Source: Cyclobacteriaceae bacterium
GTDB taxonomy: Bacteria; Bacteroidota; Bacteroidia; Cytophagales; Cyclobacteriaceae
NCBI GenBank assembly: GCA_049840975.1
Contig: JASGIR010000069.1
Coordinates: 4,837-68,836, forward strand
Direction of reading: 5' to 3'
Length of the DNA stretch: 64,000 nucleotides
Shown piece by piece: positions 60,587-64,000 of this stretch; the first letter of the stretch is position 1, and the number at the start of each line of letters is the position of its first letter. Made by a program: the position numbers and the translations under genes. A model generated the notes under the pieces. It saw only the letters and a program-made list of their open reading frames with translations, had not been told where the DNA came from and did not search any database.

Positions 60587-61630
60587 TTATCGTCTTCCGT
60601 GACCACCACCGCCACCTACATGGCCACCACCGCCTCCGCCAAATCCACCGCCACTGAATCCACTGGAACGCGCTCCGCCTCCGCCCCAATTACTACCAGA
60701 GTTCCAGCTTGATCTTGCTCCTGAATTGGAATTATTCCATCCCGAATTATTCCAAATTGAACTACGTGAAGTATTGCCAGAGTTTCTCCAAGCGCTTGAG
60801 CTGCGGCTGTTCACATTAGAGTTTTGTCTCCAGGCGTTGTTGTAGTATGATGATGATTGACCTCGATTACTCGCAAAAGTTCTGTTGCTAATCCCGTTGT
60901 TGTAAGAAGAACTACGAGCAGCTGTCCTCGAACCTGATGAAGTATAATAACTTCCTCTGCTAACAGTGCTTCCCGCTGGTCTTCTTCCATAGGCGGGCAA
61001 ATTACTATTGTCAGAGTAATTGTTTACAACAACAGTTGTTGGATATCCATAACCATAATATCCATAAGGGTTATAACCGTAATATGAACCATAGCCGTAG
61101 CCCATGCCCATATAAGGATAACCATAATTATACATACCATAGCCAAGACCATAACCAATTCCGTAACTCAAGCCGTAGCCCATTCCATAACCTCCCATTC
61201 CCATTCCGTATCCGTAAGGATAAAAGCTTGAATAAGGGCTTCCATATCCATAACCACTATTGCCGTAAGAATTGCCATAACCATAGTTGTTATACCCTGT
61301 ACTGCAGTTGCAAGAGTTACTATACAAACTTTGATTTACCGTAGGTTGGTAGTTTGGAGAAAAATAGGAAGCGCTAGGAGCGTTCGATCCTACTTTAGCT
61401 CCAGCGACATAATCTGGATTTTCGTTTCTGGCTGAATAACTATCCGATGGATTTATTCGCTGCACGGTGCCTTCGGTCTTGGCAGAAGCTAAAGCTACAT
61501 CTTCACGGACTTTCAAGTTTATTTTGGCCCTGTCTCTCGATGAAAAATATACATCATCATTCTCTTGTGCAAAAGCACTCATCCCAAATGACAAAGTCAA
61601 AAGAGAAAGTAAAATGGATTTCGTTTTCAT
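60587..61630 (-). CDS. Exported low-complexity Gly/Tyr/Ser-rich protein
   Basis: Signal peptide, ENDDVYF motif, GY-rich core, S/N/R/W-rich region, poly-Gly tail ending GRR. Confidence 0.8.
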   Translation of the reverse strand: MKTKSILLSLLTLSFGMSAFAQENDDVYFSSRDRAKINLKVREDVALASAKTEGTVQRINPSDSYSARNENPDYVAGAKVGSNAPSASYFSPNYQPTVNQSLYSNSCNCSTGYNNYGYGNSYGNSGYGYGSPYSSFYPYGYGMGMGGYGMGYGLSYGIGYGLGYGMYNYGYPYMGMGYGYGSYYGYNPYGYYGYGYPTTVVVNNYSDNSNLPAYGRRPAGSTVSRGSYYTSSGSRTAARSSSYNNGISNRTFASNRGQSSSYYNNAWRQNSNVNSRSSSAWRNSGNTSRSSIWNNSGWNNSNSGARSSWNSGSNWGGGGARSSGFSGGGFGGGGGGHVGGGGGHGRR

Positions 61631-61772
61631 AGCATTACGGGATTACTCCCATGTTTAATAACGTAAATCTACGCAATTCGGATATTTTCTAACACAGATT
61701 TCTTCGCAAAGAGAATGCCACACCCAACGCTCTGAATATATTTGCGGTTCACTATTTAGAACAACAAATAAA

Positions 61773-63248
61773 ATGGGAAAAGAGATCACTAGCCGGACGG
61801 AAGATTATTCTCAATGGTACATTGATTTGGTAAAAAAGGCCGATTTGGCCGAAAATTCGGATGTTCGGGGCTGTATGGTAATTAAGCCGTATGGTTTTAG
61901 TATTTGGGAAAAAATGCAGCAGGCCCTTGATAAAATGTTTAAAGACACTGGCCATACCAATGCGTACTTCCCTCTGTTTGTTCCTAAATCTTTTTTAGCC
62001 AAGGAAGCGAGCCATGTTGAAGGCTTTGCCAAAGAGTGTGCAATTGTCACTCATTATCGCCTGAAAAATGCACCTGACGGAAGTGGGGTGGTAGTTGACC
62101 CTGATGCCAAACTTGAGGAAGAGTTAATTGTTCGTCCTACTTCTGAAACTGTTATTTGGAACAGCTATAAAAAATGGATTCAGTCGTATCGCGATTTACC
62201 AATTCTCATCAACCAATGGTGCAACGTGGTTCGTTGGGAAATGCGTACACGACTATTTTTGCGTACAGCCGAATTTTTGTGGCAAGAAGGACACACAGCA
62301 CACGCTACTGCTGATGAAGCAGTAAAGGAAACGCTTCAAATGTTGGATGTGTATGCTGACTTTGTGGAGAATTTCATGGGAGTGCCTGTTATCAAAGGGA
62401 AGAAAAGTGAAGGTGAAAAATTTCCAGGAGCTATCGATACCTATTGTATTGAAGCTTTGATGCAAGACGGTAAAGCACTGCAAGCAGGCACGTCCCATTT
62501 TCTGGGTCAGAATTTTGCAAAAGCATTTGATGTGCAGTTCACCAACAAGGAAGGAAAACTTGAATTGGTTTGGGGAACATCTTGGGGCGTAAGCACTCGC
62601 TTGATGGGCGCACTGATTATGGCACATTCAGATGACGATGGTCTAGTGCTTCCACCAAAACTAGCACCAATTCATGTCGTTATTGTTCCTATTTTCAAAA
62701 CGGAAGATGAACTCAATAGAATCACTGAAAAAGCTGAAGCGATAGTTTCTTCACTTCGAAAATTAGGCTACGCTGTTAAGTTCGACAATCGCGACAATTT
62801 TAAACCAGGTTTCAAGTTTGCAGAATATGAAATGCGCGGAGTACCTGTTCGCATTGCCATTGGGCCACGCGATTTAGAAAACGGCACTGTAGAAGTTGCG
62901 CGAAGAGACACGAAAGAAAAGAAAGTAATGAAGATGGATGATGTGGTGAATGAGATCCCAACACTATTGGATGCCATTCAGCAAAACATTTATCAGAAAG
63001 CTTTAAAGTTCAGGAATGACAACATGCGAAAAATTGATTCGTATGATGAATTCAAAAAAGCTTTGGATGAAACTCCAGGATTCATATTAGCGCATTGGGA
63101 TGGAACTAAAGAAACAGAGGCCGCTATTAAAGACGAAACAAAGGCAACCATTCGCTGCATTCCCTTAGACTCACCAGAAGAAACTGGTAAATGTATTTAT
63201 TCAGGTAAGCCATCAAACAGAAGAGTTTTGTTCGCACGAGCTTACTGA
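61773..63248 (+). CDS. proS: Proline--tRNA ligase (archaeal/eukaryote-like type)
   Basis: [33 protein letters not shown]-terminal FARAY; -7 element TATATTTG at 61737-61744. Confidence 0.97.
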   Translation: MGKEITSRTEDYSQWYIDLVKKADLAENSDVRGCMVIKPYGFSIWEKMQQALDKMFKDTGHTNAYFPLFVPKSFLAKEASHVEGFAKECAIVTHYRLKNAPDGSGVVVDPDAKLEEELIVRPTSETVIWNSYKKWIQSYRDLPILINQWCNVVRWEMRTRLFLRTAEFLWQEGHTAHATADEAVKETLQMLDVYADFVENFMGVPVIKGKKSEGEKFPGAIDTYCIEALMQDGKALQAGTSHFLGQNFAKAFDVQFTNKEGKLELVWGTSWGVSTRLMGALIMAHSDDDGLVLPPKLAPIHVVIVPIFKTEDELNRITEKAEAIVSSLRKLGYAVKFDNRDNFKPGFKFAEYEMRGVPVRIAIGPRDLENGTVEVARRDTKEKKVMKMDDVVNEIPTLLDAIQQNIYQKALKFRNDNMRKIDSYDEFKKALDETPGFILAHWDGTKETEAAIKDETKATIRCIPLDSPEETGKCIYSGKPSNRRVLFARAY

Positions 63249-63263
63249 TTTTATGAAAATAAA

Positions 63264-63292
63264 GCGGGGTGCAGTTGAATACCGCACCCCGC
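63264..63292. terminator. Hairpin between convergent proS and tpiA
   Basis: GCGGGGTGC...GCACCCCGC stem; weak T-tail. Confidence 0.6.
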
Positions 63293-63312
63293 GAATAGTA
63301 ACTGTAGTATTT

Positions 63313-64000
63313 CTAGTTGATTCCTTTCACAACATCCACAAACTCTCTTGACTTAAGAGAAGCACCGCCAACTAGTCCGCCATCTACATCGGGACATGAG
63401 AAAAGTTCTTGAGCATTTTTAGAGTTCACGCTGCCTCCATATAAAATAGAAATTTCGGATGCAATTGCTTCTCCATATTTCGAAGCGATGTGTTTTCTAA
63501 TAACGGCATGCATCTCTTGCGCTTGCTGTGCTGATGCGGTCTTTCCAGTGCCAATAGCCCAAACCGGTTCGTAAGCAATCACAATTTTTGTAAGCGTATC
63601 CGCGCTTAAATGAAATAGCGCATTTTCAACTTGTTGCTTCACCAATTTTTCATGAGTCCCTGCCTCTCGAATTTCTAGAGGTTCGCCACAGCAAAAAATC
63701 GGAGTAAGATTTGCCGCTAATACTTTGTCTATTTTCTTTGCGAGTAATTTGTCATCCTCACCAAAGTATTGCCTGCGTTCACTATGACCAATAATAACAT
63801 AAGGGATTTCCATCGATTTCAGCATCAATGCTGAAACTTCGCCTGTAAACGCACCCCAATCTTGTTCGCTGCAATTTTGGGCTCCGATTTTCACTGATGA
63901 ATTTCCTAGTTGATTTTTCAATGGAACCAAGTACGGAAAGGGAACACACAAGATGACTTCTGTTTTCTTATTTGCTTCATCCGCAACCATTGCCATTACT
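63313..64000 (-). CDS. tpiA: Triosephosphate isomerase (5' end outside the window)
   Basis: GAFTGEVS, IGHSERR, AYEPVWAIGTG, LYGGSV, DGGLVGGASL. Confidence 0.97.
   Translation of the reverse strand, partial: VMAMVADEANKKTEVILCVPFPYLVPLKNQLGNSSVKIGAQNCSEQDWGAFTGEVSALMLKSMEIPYVIIGHSERRQYFGEDDKLLAKKIDKVLAANLTPIFCCGEPLEIREAGTHEKLVKQQVENALFHLSADTLTKIVIAYEPVWAIGTGKTASAQQAQEMHAVIRKHIASKYGEAIASEISILYGGSVNSKNAQELFSCPDVDGGLVGGASLKSREFVDVVKGIN

Noticed and set aside
340-62977. Many 60-140 aa ORFs overlapping or antisense to identified genes (e.g. 340-681, 5277-5621, 10356-10775, 54024-54353, 62253-62627)
   Set aside because: They are shadows of well-supported CDSs and have no recognisable motifs.

Overview
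This is a gene-dense, AT-rich chromosomal window from a Bacteroidota genome, most likely Cytophagales. The assignment rests on gldB, the TAnnTTTG promoter elements, a TonB-dependent receptor and lipoproteins with acidic export signals. Most of it is housekeeping: murQ, lipB, ypdA, floA, tRNA-His, pyrC, rlmI, degP, ispH, lysA, metK, purM, folP, aroK, proS and tpiA, plus one Phd/RelE-type toxin-antitoxin pair. About ten conserved genes carry single-base frameshifts, mostly in homopolymers and concentrated at 49-59.3 kb, which looks like consensus sequencing error rather than decay. The standout region is 34.9-39.8 kb. There, three tandem lipoprotein genes share a constant N-terminal module of about 164 aa and have exchanged C-terminal domains. 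The ~49-bp 3' end of the convergent neighbouring beta-barrel gene (RKNGKGGKSQITIKE*) recurs as diverged copies in the two spacers between them. The copies differ mainly at synonymous positions, which suggests cassettes were added repeatedly at that gene's 3' end. No recombinase is visible in the window. All family calls come from motif recognition by eye; no database searches were run.
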